Positions 9,614-19,069 of a DNA stretch of 64,000 nucleotides are shown here, in pieces. A model generated the notes under the pieces. It was not told the DNA's origin. It saw nothing but the letters and a program-made list of their open reading frames with translations, and did no database searches. Position 1 is the first letter of the stretch; each line of letters opens with the position of its first letter. The translations under genes were made by a program, and so were the position numbers. Location: the IMG/VR virus record IMGVR_UViG_3300011115_000233, positions 462-64,461 of that record. The stretch is one strand, 5' to 3'. This stretch comes from a virus. Its lineage: Duplodnaviria; Caudoviricetes.

Positions 9614-10327
9614 CTAGATAAACATCTGACGCGGAGCGATCCGCAGAGGAGCCTTTTCACGGTCTTCATCAGAAGCCTGCTGCCAAGCTTCATCATACAT
9701 CTGCTTAAGTAGCCCTACACGGTCCATAGCGTTCGGGAGTTTAAGCGCTAGATGGTACGCCAACCCAGCCACCATGCAGGGCAGGAAGCGGAACGGGATG
9801 TCCTGCGTGTTTATACCATCGCCTGTGTCTTGGATGCGGCGAAGCCGCCAGACAACAAGAGTATAATAGTTGTTCTGATCCGGCACAGGCCAGACGTTAA
9901 TCGTAGGATACTGCACACCACTGGGATCAGTCTGACCTCCAAGCCGATTATACCACAACTGGATCGGACGCCCCTGCGCGTTCTTGTTCGGTATCGTTGC
10001 GTAGGTATCGGCGCTGATGCGGTTGATGTTGATATCAAGCTGGTTTGAAGTCGTACCTGCATTCGTGCGCACTACGTGCTCAAATAGGTCAACCGTATCA
10101 ATGGGCATACCATATTGGCTAACTCCCTGAACCATTGGTATAGAGCCTTCATCAAGCGTCCATAGGTTGATGCCACGGTTTGCCCATTCAAGTGCCATCA
10201 AGTTGAGGCTACGCCGTGCAGTACGTAGGTCGTAACCCGTGCGAAGCTCAGCGCCACAGCGCTCGAATGCCTCTTCCACGATGGCATTCAGATCAAGGTT
10301 AAAACTTGTTAGCCCACTCGTGGTCAT
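9614..10327 (-). CDS. Head completion / adaptor protein
   Basis: 237 aa; EEAFERCG.ELRTGYDLRTARRSLN, RFLPCMVAGLAY; position in the morphogenesis cluster. Confidence 0.6.
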   Translation of the reverse strand: MTTSGLTSFNLDLNAIVEEAFERCGAELRTGYDLRTARRSLNLMALEWANRGINLWTLDEGSIPMVQGVSQYGMPIDTVDLFEHVVRTNAGTTSNQLDININRISADTYATIPNKNAQGRPIQLWYNRLGGQTDPSGVQYPTINVWPVPDQNNYYTLVVWRLRRIQDTGDGINTQDIPFRFLPCMVAGLAYHLALKLPNAMDRVGLLKQMYDEAWQQASDEDREKAPLRIAPRQMFI

Positions 10328-10353
10328 AAGGTTACGTCCTGCCTAATTGCTTG

Positions 10354-10382
10354 CACATACCATGCTACCATGGACACATCAA
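10354..10382 (-). promoter_or_regulatory. Putative internal sigma70-type promoter
   Basis: TTGATG-N17-TATGTG in the intergenic gap upstream of 10327. Confidence 0.35.
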
Positions 10383-10383
10383 G

Positions 10384-13300
10384 TTACTGCTGAATCCAGT
10401 CAGGCACCGCTATCTGGCTGTCTAAAGTGAAGTTCGGTGTCGGTGAGGTCGGTACCAGTGTCCAGCTAGGGTTAGCGATCATATCAATCCCCGCAAAGTT
10501 TTCGTCCCCAGCAGTTGCTTCGCGGTGCCAGTTGGGTGTTGGCGCACCCCGGTATACCACTGGTGAGAAAAACTGATTGCTGCTCGGTATAGTTCCGGGA
10601 AGCAGCGACCAGTACTGGTATGTGGAGGCTGTAAAGAACTGGTTTACATTCTGAAGCAGCGCAGGTGTAAGCGGATACGTCGATAAGGCAGTAGCCGCAT
10701 AGAACGCATTTTGGTTCGTAAATAGCGCAGGTGCGATATCAACTGAACCGGGGTCTACCGTAGTTGAATAGAACGTATTTTGGTTTACAAACAGCGCTGG
10801 GAATAGGGTAGCCGCAGTAGCAACCGTCGATGTGCCAATAGCACCAGTCGCAGACACACCCGTGAGCGTGACCGATTTAGGTATAGAAACTCTAACAGTG
10901 CCGACAGCACCAGCCGCAGACACACCCGTGGGCCTTACCGACGCGCCGAGGGCAAAGGTAACTGTACCGACAAAGCCAGTAGCAGAGACCCCAGTAAGTG
11001 TAACTGACGTAGGTATAGAAGCGGTAGCAGTGCCAACCGAACCAGTCGCAGACACACCCGTGAGCGTGACATTTGCCAGACCTGTAGTCGCAACTGTGCC
11101 TACGGTGCCTGTTGCCGCATTACCAAAAACATCAACGGAAATACTGCCACCAGCAGAGACACCGACGTCACCAATGGTAGCTATAGCAGACACACCAGTA
11201 AGCGTGACATTAGCCACGCCGGTAGTCGTAACTGTGCCTACATCGCCCGTTGCCGGGGGGCCTGTGGTTAGGATGTTTGCTGCTGCGGCTACTGTAGCCG
11301 TCCCTACGACACCACTGGCAAAGACCCCAGTTACATTGACGTTTACACCCCCACCGGGTGGCGCGGTGAAAATCCAGCCTGTGTTGCTACCGCCATTAAA
11401 GCTATTTGCGCCTGCGTACCAAGAGGCACCACCAGTGGCAGTGGAATTGGAAATAGACAGATAGTCGCACGAGACCGTGCCTGATGCCTTTGAAAGCGTA
11501 CCACCCAAAACAATAACTAGGTTGCCCGCCGTGCCGTTCAAATTGAAGTTATTGAACGTGGTCGTATAGCCCGTACAGGAAAACGACGTGGGCTGCACCG
11601 TGTTCGTGATGTTGTTGAACGTGTTTGATCCAGTGACCGAAAGGCCACCTGCACCGCCTAGGTTCAAGGTACAGTTGTATGTCGAACCACCACCCACAAA
11701 GGTTTTGGAGGTAGCAGCAGTCATGGAAATCGTGCCGGTGCCAGTGCCTGCTGTTGTCGTAAAGCCTGTCGGGACTGCGTTGTTGAATGCAGTTATTGAA
11801 GCCGTTGGGCAAACCAGCGTCCCGCCGTTGAATGTCAGGTTCTTGGTTCCAGTGGCAGTTGTATACGCAGTGCCAACAGTCAGCGTCTTACCATTGAGGT
11901 CAAGCGTACCATTTGCGTGCGTAAGTGTACGGGCCGACCCCATTGTTAGAGCATCTTGCAGCACCCATGACCCGCCGACACCATCGAAGGTCAATGGGAA
12001 GTCCATTGTTTTGGCGTTGGAGGTGATCGTGCGGGGTGTTCCCGACGTTGACGCAAAAATCCAGCCACTTGCGCCAGCGGTATACGTGGCGGTCGAACCC
12101 AAGTTCAGGTCGCCGTAAATCGTTTGTGACGTGTTGCTAACCGTACCAGCAAAGCCCGTAAAGTTTAGGTTACGTTTTGACCCAGCGTTGTGTGTGAGGG
12201 CATATGTCCCAGTGGTGAAGTTGAAGCTAATGGAGTTGGCTTCGGTGGGTGAACCAGACGAAACAGTTGTGGCTGTTGCAGAGTTGTTTGACACATTAAC
12301 AACTGGAGTACCAGTTACAGTTAGGTTTGTAAGGGTACCCGTATTCCACACAGTTCCAGTACCATTCACAGTGATGTTGCCGGTGCCAAAAGCAAGGGTG
12401 CGGGTATTTGTGCTGCTGCTGGTGAATATACCCGTCGTCAGCGTGTAGCTTTGAAGATCGAGCGTACCGTTGGTCAGGATGGACGTAACTGTGGAGGCAA
12501 TTGTAACCGCACCTGTGAGTTGTACTGTACCCCCGATATTTTGAACGGTTATGCCGTTTGGAAAAGTAGCGCCGTTACTAGCAATTTGCTGGGTATTTCC
12601 ACGCCCGACGAAGGTTATCGAAGCACTATAAGTAAGTGTCACCCCCGACCCTAAAAAGAAACTGCCATAATGGCCCGTAGGGTTTGAAGAGAAGGCCAGT
12701 GTCATGGCGGAAGTCCGCGCAGACATATCAATCGTACCAAGGTTCCATACCGCAAAAGACCCGCCGTTTACCGTCCCCGCTGCCCCTGTGTTATTGAAGA
12801 TGGCGGTATCTTGAGCCAAAGGAAAGTTGGCCGCAGCGGGTGTACCCCCGCTAGATGTTGCCCAGCCAGTCGCTGACCAGTTCTGCGTTCCCGCAAGGTT
12901 CCAATAGACCGTTTTGGGCGTAGAAAACGTAATGTTCGTATTACCGCCACAGTTTCCACCGCTACTTGTTGCAGTGATTGCATTGGTCGCCGCCGTGATA
13001 TCGCGGATGTCCACATTGCTTAGTGTGGTAGGGTTGGCGAGTGTGAGTGTGCGCGTGGTGCCAAGCGTGTCAGACCGAAGGAAGACACGGCGAATTTCAG
13101 TTGCGCCTGATGCAGACAGCGTACCATTAATGGTCTGGTTCGCGCTAAAAATGGCTGTTTGTACCGTGCTTATGCTTGGAGAAGCAAAGCTAAGGTTATT
13201 AAACAGGTTCACGCCAGTTATGGTCGCTGTTGTATTTGAGGCCCCGGAGCCGGTAAAAGCTACGTTATAAAACGTGCGACCCGACGATGAGAGTGAAGGG

Positions 13301-13944
13301 CTTGCTGTACTAGTAAAGTTGATCTGCGACGTGCCAGCATTAAGCGTAAGCCCTGCACCTGTAAAAGTAGATGCAGAAAAACTTGATATAGTTACCGTCG
13401 ATGCGTTTAAATTTAGCACACAAGTAGATGCACTGGCGCACAACATCTGAGTACAACTGACCGCATAACTTGAAGCAGCAGACGTATCAAACGTCCCCGC
13501 ATTTAGCGTAATTGTAAAAGTGCTGGTCAATGCACTGCCAAGTGTCCAACCGCCCCCAACACCGTTAAAAATGATAGCCCCGCCAATTGTTTGCCCTATT
13601 GTGAGCGTCTTACCTGTTGTCGTGGCTACGAATGTCATCGTACCATTATGCGTTCGCGTGATCCCCGTGGCAGCAACGGTCATGCTTCCGGCGACATTAA
13701 GCGCCCCAGCCCCCGCCCAAGTCACGTTACCAGATGCAGGGCCAGCCATCGTCATATCGGCGCAAGAAGCTGTACCAGTGACGGTTACAGTGTAGAGCGT
13801 TGCGTTCGATGCGCTGTTAAAGAATACGTTATCGGCTGTCGTAGGCGCAGACGCACCGCCAGCACCGCCAGAAGAAGCGGACCAGTTTGTCGTGGTTGTT
13901 GCGTCCCACGTCCCTGTTCCGCCTACCCAATAGCGGTCAGCCAC
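10384..13944 (-). CDS. Large adhesin-like fibre protein (beta-helix-like)
   Basis: 1186 aa, Thr/Gly/Ser-rich; 'RYWVGGTGTW', repeated 'NGTLDL', C-terminal VTGVSATG and PALFxNQN repeats; GTG start. Confidence 0.7.
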   Translation of the reverse strand: MADRYWVGGTGTWDATTTTNWSASSGGAGGASAPTTADNVFFNSASNATLYTVTVTGTASCADMTMAGPASGNVTWAGAGALNVAGSMTVAATGITRTHNGTMTFVATTTGKTLTIGQTIGGAIIFNGVGGGWTLGSALTSTFTITLNAGTFDTSAASSYAVSCTQMLCASASTCVLNLNASTVTISSFSASTFTGAGLTLNAGTSQINFTSTASPSLSSSGRTFYNVAFTGSGASNTTATITGVNLFNNLSFASPSISTVQTAIFSANQTINGTLSASGATEIRRVFLRSDTLGTTRTLTLANPTTLSNVDIRDITAATNAITATSSGGNCGGNTNITFSTPKTVYWNLAGTQNWSATGWATSSGGTPAAANFPLAQDTAIFNNTGAAGTVNGGSFAVWNLGTIDMSARTSAMTLAFSSNPTGHYGSFFLGSGVTLTYSASITFVGRGNTQQIASNGATFPNGITVQNIGGTVQLTGAVTIASTVTSILTNGTLDLQSYTLTTGIFTSSSTNTRTLAFGTGNITVNGTGTVWNTGTLTNLTVTGTPVVNVSNNSATATTVSSGSPTEANSISFNFTTGTYALTHNAGSKRNLNFTGFAGTVSNTSQTIYGDLNLGSTATYTAGASGWIFASTSGTPRTITSNAKTMDFPLTFDGVGGSWVLQDALTMGSARTLTHANGTLDLNGKTLTVGTAYTTATGTKNLTFNGGTLVCPTASITAFNNAVPTGFTTTAGTGTGTISMTAATSKTFVGGGSTYNCTLNLGGAGGLSVTGSNTFNNITNTVQPTSFSCTGYTTTFNNFNLNGTAGNLVIVLGGTLSKASGTVSCDYLSISNSTATGGASWYAGANSFNGGSNTGWIFTAPPGGGVNVNVTGVFASGVVGTATVAAAANILTTGPPATGDVGTVTTTGVANVTLTGVSAIATIGDVGVSAGGSISVDVFGNAATGTVGTVATTGLANVTLTGVSATGSVGTATASIPTSVTLTGVSATGFVGTVTFALGASVRPTGVSAAGAVGTVRVSIPKSVTLTGVSATGAIGTSTVATAATLFPALFVNQNTFYSTTVDPGSVDIAPALFTNQNAFYAATALSTYPLTPALLQNVNQFFTASTYQYWSLLPGTIPSSNQFFSPVVYRGAPTPNWHREATAGDENFAGIDMIANPSWTLVPTSPTPNFTLDSQIAVPDWIQQ

Positions 13945-13947
13945 CGT

Positions 13948-14112
13948 TTATGCTCCCGGTTCTGCGGGGTTCTCGATGATAGCAATCCAGTTGTCCAGAC
14001 GGCGCTGCTTCTCAGCCTCGACCTCTTCGTCCGTCATGGGCGCGTCGTCAGGAAACCAGATCGCGTCAGCGAACTTGCCATATTTGGTCTCAAATTCAAA
14101 GTCGATCTTCAC
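13948..14112 (-). CDS. Small acidic protein (54 aa)
   Basis: Not in track; GTG start with RBS AAGGAG; MKIDFEFETKYGKFADAIWFPDD...RRLDNWIAII. Confidence 0.6.
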   Translation of the reverse strand: MKIDFEFETKYGKFADAIWFPDDAPMTDEEVEAEKQRRLDNWIAIIENPAEPGA

Positions 14113-14124
14113 TGTGTTAGCTCC

Positions 14125-14529
14125 TTAGAGCGCAAAGATACCTGAACCGCTCCATGTGATCGTGATATTACCACCGTTAGGAGTAACAGGCAATCCAGTC
14201 ACATCAGAGTCGATGTACGCTACCAATGGTGATGTGGCGTCAGTGCCCGTGTCGATATAGATAATAAGGGCTTCGACCGAAGCGCCGCTAACCGAAGTAA
14301 ACGTAACATTGCTACCGCTGAACACGCCGTTGGTGAATGTCTTGGAGCCGATGGTCTGCGGCGTACCCACCACTGCGCTAACAGCAGATGACCAGAACTG
14401 GTTCGTGGAGTTATAGGTGTACGTGCCGGTGTCAATCAACGCGACTTTAACCGTGCCCGTGGAGAGGTCATTGTTCGCAGCGAACTGGAGCAGTTGCTGC
14501 TTCCACTTAGGGTAAAGTGCATTGGCCAT
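14125..14529 (-). CDS. Virion structural protein (distant paralog of 7384..7857)
   Basis: TVKVALID...NVTFTSV...EALIIY...LPVTPNGGNITITW. Confidence 0.6.
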   Translation of the reverse strand: MANALYPKWKQQLLQFAANNDLSTGTVKVALIDTGTYTYNSTNQFWSSAVSAVVGTPQTIGSKTFTNGVFSGSNVTFTSVSGASVEALIIYIDTGTDATSPLVAYIDSDVTGLPVTPNGGNITITWSGSGIFAL

Positions 14530-14538
14530 ATGGTATCC

Positions 14539-14937
14539 TTACCTGTAATTAGCTGTCTTCTTGGCGATGGTTTTAGGCTGCTTGACGAACTGTTTGCCCG
14601 CCTTTGTGCCTTCGCGCTTCGCCTTGGTTGTAGCAGCATATTCAGAAGATGTCAGTGCCTGCCGTGCCTTCTTTGGTAGGTAACGTTCACCAGTGGCCTT
14701 TGCCCCCTGCGTAGATGGCTTGCCCGACTTGGTTCCCCAGTCCTCCTTAGTCCACTTGGACAGGGATTTCTGCGCTTCAGTCTTCGGGCCGCTATAGCTA
14801 CCGCCAGACTTTTTGTACCGCTGGGTAGCAAGTTGAGCTTTACGTGCAGACCATTGCCCTGCGTCACCGCCCTTGGTTCCAGCTTTTACACTAGCTACAA
14901 TGCGCTTCCACTTGGGTTCGTCAGTGTGCCCAGCCAT
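14539..14937 (-). CDS. Lysine-rich conserved phage protein (DUF5872-like)
   Basis: GQWSARKAQL..QRYKKSGG.Y, SLSKWTKEDW, ERYLP motifs. Confidence 0.65.
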   Translation of the reverse strand: MAGHTDEPKWKRIVASVKAGTKGGDAGQWSARKAQLATQRYKKSGGSYSGPKTEAQKSLSKWTKEDWGTKSGKPSTQGAKATGERYLPKKARQALTSSEYAATTKAKREGTKAGKQFVKQPKTIAKKTANYR

Positions 14938-14938
14938 A

Positions 14939-15193
14939 CTACTTCTTCTTAAAACCCTTCAGGACTTCTGCGAAGCGGGCGCGCTGGCCCAGTTTACCGG
15001 GAGCCTTAGCAGCCTTAGCAAGTGCCTTGGCCGGGATTTTCTTACCCTGCGGGATACCCATCTGTTCGTGCAGGGCACCGGGCTTCTTGATGGCTTTGGC
15101 GATATTCAACTTACCGCCTTCGGCCATACCAATAGCTTCGCCCTTAGGCATCTTGGACTTCTTCATGTCCCCCATACCACGTGATGGACGCAT
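14939..15193 (-). CDS. Small basic putative core protein
   Basis: MRPSRGMG..MAEGG..AIKKPGALH. Confidence 0.6.
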   Translation of the reverse strand: MRPSRGMGDMKKSKMPKGEAIGMAEGGKLNIAKAIKKPGALHEQMGIPQGKKIPAKALAKAAKAPGKLGQRARFAEVLKGFKKK

Positions 15194-15606
15194 TAGCAGG
15201 AGCCGCCTTTTTTCATGGTGACTTGCTTACCCTTGGTCTTGCCCTTGACGGCGCAGCCGTCGATGGAACCGCCCTTGGCGAACTTCGGCATCGCACGGCC
15301 CTTGGTATCAGCCGACTTCTTCATCATGGCAGCGCCGAACTTGGTTGCTGCAAAGGGATTACCTTTACCCTTAGCTGCTGGCTTACCCTTAGCTTTTCCA
15401 CCCTTAGCCATACCCATATTCCCCATTTGATCTGACGTTGGCATTTCCTTCGTGACGCCGCCCTTGGCGAAGCGCTTGGCCCCACCCTCCGAACGGTTCG
15501 CACTATCGATGACCTTGCCTTCTTTCGGCGTGACCTTGGCCTTCTTGAGGCGTTCATCCTGTGCTTTAGATGCTGCACGTTCTGCTGCTGTTGGCTGAGG
15601 GGGCAT
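15193..15606 (-). CDS. Small basic putative core protein with AKGG repeats
   Basis: FAKGG x2, MAKGG, DGCAVKGKTKG. Confidence 0.6.
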   Translation of the reverse strand: MPPQPTAAERAASKAQDERLKKAKVTPKEGKVIDSANRSEGGAKRFAKGGVTKEMPTSDQMGNMGMAKGGKAKGKPAAKGKGNPFAATKFGAAMMKKSADTKGRAMPKFAKGGSIDGCAVKGKTKGKQVTMKKGGSC

Positions 15607-15607
15607 C

Positions 15608-16378
15608 TTACTTACCTTTCTTCAATGGGGCGCGGGTCTTGCCGCGCTGAGCAATACCGTCGATGGAACCGCCCTTGGCACGCTTCAGAGGGAACTTTAC
15701 AGTATCCTTCTTAGGTTCGTCACGCTTTAGGAGGAGTGAGCCGGGTTTTGGCTTAGGTGGCTCCGCACGCTTTACTGGTGCATTTGCAGAAGGCTTGTTT
15801 GCCTTGCTCCAGTCAACTTTTTTCGGGCCGAGATTCGCGGCTGGAATGTTAGGTTTTGGGGCCGCGAGTTTCGTAGCGGATGCAATACCAACGCGGCCTT
15901 TAGGCTTAGGAGCCTCAGTCTTAGTAGGTTTAGAAGCCGGAGTAGCCGATGTGCTCTTAGATGGCATCAACGGAAGCTTAGAAAGAAACTTGCTGGTATT
16001 TGCACTGACCGAGGGAGCCGCAGCCTTAACAGGAGCGGAAGCCTTAGAAGCCGGTGCGGGAGTGGAAGACTTAGCAGCCGTAGAAGAGCCAGTGCCGGAG
16101 CGGCCAGTAGAGACTGAGCGCTTTGCGCCTTCACCAGCAGTCTTAGTCGTGAACGTAGTGCCGGGTTTGCCCGCCCATGAGAACGTCTTCTCGCCCGCCG
16201 CACGGGCAGCTTTAAACGCTTCACCAAATGTCTGGGCTTTCTTAGGGGCAGTAGCCGCCTTTAGCTCTTCGTCGCCACCCTTCATGTCGAGCTTTGGTGC
16301 AGACTTGAGGATATTGTCGATACCCGCTTGGGTTGCTTCCATGGCCCTGCGGCCAATCTTATTCGAACTCATTACCAT
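15608..16378 (-). CDS. Basic Ala/Pro/Lys-rich putative core protein
   Basis: TFGEAFKAARAAGEKTFSW motif; C-terminal AKGGSIDGIAQRGKT. Confidence 0.6.
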   Translation of the reverse strand: MVMSSNKIGRRAMEATQAGIDNILKSAPKLDMKGGDEELKAATAPKKAQTFGEAFKAARAAGEKTFSWAGKPGTTFTTKTAGEGAKRSVSTGRSGTGSSTAAKSSTPAPASKASAPVKAAAPSVSANTSKFLSKLPLMPSKSTSATPASKPTKTEAPKPKGRVGIASATKLAAPKPNIPAANLGPKKVDWSKANKPSANAPVKRAEPPKPKPGSLLLKRDEPKKDTVKFPLKRAKGGSIDGIAQRGKTRAPLKKGK

Positions 16379-16381
16379 AGC

Positions 16382-16555
16382 TTATTCCTTACCCAACCAA
16401 CCCTGCACAGTGTCCGTCTCGTATATACGGATTCCCGTCCAGATAATAGTGAACAACGCTGCAACTGCGGGGAGCATAGAAGTGATCGTCCCAATGACCG
16501 TGAAGAACGACGCTGCGTCTACGATATACTTAAAGGTTTCGTCATGGTCAGTCAT
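16382..16555 (-). CDS. Small two-TM protein, holin-like
   Basis: Likely start MTDHDET; ...LPAVAALFTIIWTGIRIYETDTVQ. Confidence 0.5.
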   Translation of the reverse strand: MTDHDETFKYIVDAASFFTVIGTITSMLPAVAALFTIIWTGIRIYETDTVQGWLGKE

Positions 16556-16556
16556 A

Positions 16557-16811
16557 TTAGCAATCCCATGCCCGGAGTGATTTGTTGATGCGGCTGTTCG
16601 GATCATTTGCTGTCTTGGCCGAAGTCAGCTTCTTCTTCATGCCCGACATACGAGCGCAGAATGACTTCTTACGTGAGCCGCCTTCTGGTTGCGGAGCCTT
16701 AAGCCCCGGCTTCCCCGGATTGGCTTTGTTGTAGGACGCACGACCCTTGGCGTTCAAGCCGCCCTTGGGGTTCTTGCCTTCCTTACGTGTCCAAGCTGGA
16801 GATTTAGCCAT
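16557..16811 (-). CDS. Small basic conserved phage protein
   Basis: MAKSPAWTRKEGKNPKGGLNAKGRASY...RKKSFCARM...SLRAWDC. Confidence 0.65.
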   Translation of the reverse strand: MAKSPAWTRKEGKNPKGGLNAKGRASYNKANPGKPGLKAPQPEGGSRKKSFCARMSGMKKKLTSAKTANDPNSRINKSLRAWDC

Positions 16812-17137
16812 CAGACGAACTTCCCCTTGGTCTTCCCCTTGGTAGCGCAGCCATCAGCACGCTTGGAGGCAGTGGAGCCGCCCTTAGCCATCTTCTTGAC
16901 CTTGCCACCCTTCTTCTTGCTCATCATGCGGATGTCGCTTCCGGGGCCTGCGCGGCCAAAGCTACCATCTTCGTCCATTGGACGGCGTACTTCATCACGG
17001 CGCTTCTTTGCGGCAAGCATACCGACAAGACCGAGACCACCGTTACGGGCAATATCACCGAGGCCGACGCCCCCAGCTTTGGCAGCGCCAAGTAGGCCAC
17101 CGTTCAAGCCGCCTTTAAGAATTTTGCCGATGCTCAT
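16811..17137 (-). CDS. Small basic putative core protein
   Basis: MAKGG...RADGCATKGKTKG C-terminus. Confidence 0.6.
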   Translation of the reverse strand: MSIGKILKGGLNGGLLGAAKAGGVGLGDIARNGGLGLVGMLAAKKRRDEVRRPMDEDGSFGRAGPGSDIRMMSKKKGGKVKKMAKGGSTASKRADGCATKGKTKGKFV

Positions 17138-17158
17138 TATGCGGTTTCCTTCCGTATA

Positions 17159-17446
17159 TTACCCATAAAAGATAGTAATACCCGCACTAGCAGGAAGTAC
17201 TACATATGCACCGTTATAAAAAAGGATACCCTCTCCCGGAATTAGCGTAGAGATGATTGCAGTGTTTGTGCTGATATCAATCGACAAACGTGCAGTACCA
17301 CTATTGGTTGTACTATTATCGTAAAAATCAATCTGACCTGCGGTACCACCCGGTAGAATTTGGTAGCCCTTAATGCGAGTACGAGAAGGCACAGCTACAC
17401 CACTTGCATTGAGATGTGCTGATTTAACATCAGTTTGCGTAGCCAT
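17159..17446 (-). CDS. Small virion structural protein
   Basis: 95 aa; QTDVKS, IPGEGILF, TIFYG; RBS AGGAGG. Confidence 0.6.
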   Translation of the reverse strand: MATQTDVKSAHLNASGVAVPSRTRIKGYQILPGGTAGQIDFYDNSTTNSGTARLSIDISTNTAIISTLIPGEGILFYNGAYVVLPASAGITIFYG

Positions 17447-17472
17447 AGGAAGGCCCTCCTATTTAGCAGCTA

Positions 17473-18000
17473 TTACGAAGTGGCGAACGGAGTAGCCAGC
17501 GTGCCCGAACCGATCAACTTGCCCATAACCATATAGGTATTGGCAGCTACAGCAACGATGGTGACATACGTACCAGCGATACCACCAGTGGTCGTGCCGT
17601 TCAGATTGACCGAGCGAGTAGCCGAACCGTCAGCATAGAACATACTTGCAGCGCCGCCAGCGCTGGGGCCGAGGATAACCTGACCGAGCAGGAAGTCACC
17701 CGTGCCGGTGATGATCTTAACTGAAGTCGCCGTCGAAGGCAGGAAGAAGGTATAGCTAGCGCCGAAGTTATTCAGTGTGTTGGGGTCTTGGCCCGGACCC
17801 GAAGAAGTCGGGTTAGCCGAAGCGTTAACCGCAGGCAGCGTGATGACCGTCGTAGCGGCAGTGATCTTGGTGATCTTGCCAGCATAGTTAGCGACATCGA
17901 TGGTGGCCGTCGCGGTCGAAATCGTCGAAACGGCGTTCGGACCTTGCGAGATGAAGCCGCTCAGCGAACGGACGGGACCCTGAAAAGTGGACTGTGCCAT
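17473..18000 (-). CDS. Virion structural protein (capsid-associated)
   Basis: MAQSTFQGPVRSLSGF...LNGTTTGG...GSGTLATPFA; first gene after the MCP. Confidence 0.6.
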   Translation of the reverse strand: MAQSTFQGPVRSLSGFISQGPNAVSTISTATATIDVANYAGKITKITAATTVITLPAVNASANPTSSGPGQDPNTLNNFGASYTFFLPSTATSVKIITGTGDFLLGQVILGPSAGGAASMFYADGSATRSVNLNGTTTGGIAGTYVTIVAVAANTYMVMGKLIGSGTLATPFATS

Positions 18001-18009
18001 GTAATATCT

Positions 18010-18085
18010 CCGTGTAGTAGCACTAACTCACACCGTCTCTACTACGTCTGCTAGGTCAGTCGGTGTGAGTAAAACCCTAGTAGGT
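18010..18085 (-). ncRNA. Structured RNA downstream of the major capsid gene (Mu-gpT-DE-like candidate)
   Basis: 10-bp stem 18026-35/18061-70 plus two crossing pairings (18014-20/18039-45 and 18051-55/18076-80); lies 3' of a Mu-gpT-like MCP. Confidence 0.5.
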
Positions 18086-18102
18086 GTAAGCATACACCAG
18101 AT

Positions 18103-18137
18103 AAATAAAAAGGGGAAGAGGTTTCCCCCTTCCCCTT
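18103..18137 (-). terminator. Rho-independent terminator after MCP
   Basis: AGGGGAAGGGG-GAAA-CCTCTTCCCCT followed by TTTTATTT. Confidence 0.8.
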
Positions 18138-18145
18138 CTAGGTTC

Positions 18146-19054
18146 TTACGAACCCGATGAACCGAACATACCGAGCGGGTCAGACCAGCCGAACGAATAA
18201 CGTTCGCGGGCCTTGTAGCGCACGTTGCCAGTATCGAAGTCACCGTCCATGCCCGTGCTCATCGGAGTACGAACAAAGTGCTTCAGACCATTTGGCACGT
18301 CGGTGGTCAGGAACCAGCCGTTCGTGTCGGTCAAGAAGTGGTTAACGGTGTAACCTTCGGGGATCGAGCCGTTGTTCTTGATGGCGTTGATATCGTTATC
18401 TGCCGTACCGACGCGGAGTTCGGTTTCGAGCAGGCGAGTAGCAACGAACATCAGGTTCGGCGGAACGACCAGCTTACGCGGCTTCGCAGCGATGAGCAGA
18501 CCACGTTCGTCAGTCCAAGCAGCAATCTGGATGACTGCGGCTTCAAGCGACGTTTCGTTAAGGTCGGTATCCGTTGCGGGCTTGTTCGAGTTGACACCAC
18601 CGGAAACCAGCGGGTGCGTGGTCGAGAACAGCGGCTTGCCGTCGCCACCGAGGTAGCTGGTGCTGAAGCCGTTGTTGAGGACCGAAGCAGCCTTGGTCTG
18701 CTTGGTGTAGGACATCGCACGGGCAAGGGCCTTAGTATAACGAGCCGAGAGGCTGTCATACAGGTTGTCTTCAATGGCTTCTTCCGTGAGCGAGAACCCG
18801 AGGGCAATCGTTTCATGGGTGTAGCGGGCCGTGAAGACTTCCTGACCGTTGTCGTATGCGATGGCCGAACCTTCGTTCTTAACCGGAGCAGCGGAGAAGC
18901 CCGACAGCTTGGTTTCTTCTTCGAACGAACGTTCCGACGTTTCGGTGTCAAAGATTTCCTTATGCTCTTCGCCGTAGCGTGCATACTCCAGACCGAACAG
19001 AGCGTTCAGGCCGGGAAGGAGTTCTTTGAGGAGCTGTGCGCGTGAAATTGCCAT
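18146..19054 (-). CDS. Major capsid protein (Mu gpT-like, HK97 fold)
   Basis: MAISRAQLLKELLPGLNALFGLEY, ARYTHETIALGF.ITEEA.EDNLY, DFDTGNVRYKARERYSFG; followed by terminator. Confidence 0.9.
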   Translation of the reverse strand: MAISRAQLLKELLPGLNALFGLEYARYGEEHKEIFDTETSERSFEEETKLSGFSAAPVKNEGSAIAYDNGQEVFTARYTHETIALGFSLTEEAIEDNLYDSLSARYTKALARAMSYTKQTKAASVLNNGFSTSYLGGDGKPLFSTTHPLVSGGVNSNKPATDTDLNETSLEAAVIQIAAWTDERGLLIAAKPRKLVVPPNLMFVATRLLETELRVGTADNDINAIKNNGSIPEGYTVNHFLTDTNGWFLTTDVPNGLKHFVRTPMSTGMDGDFDTGNVRYKARERYSFGWSDPLGMFGSSGS

Positions 19055-19069
19055 GTGTTAATACTCCTC

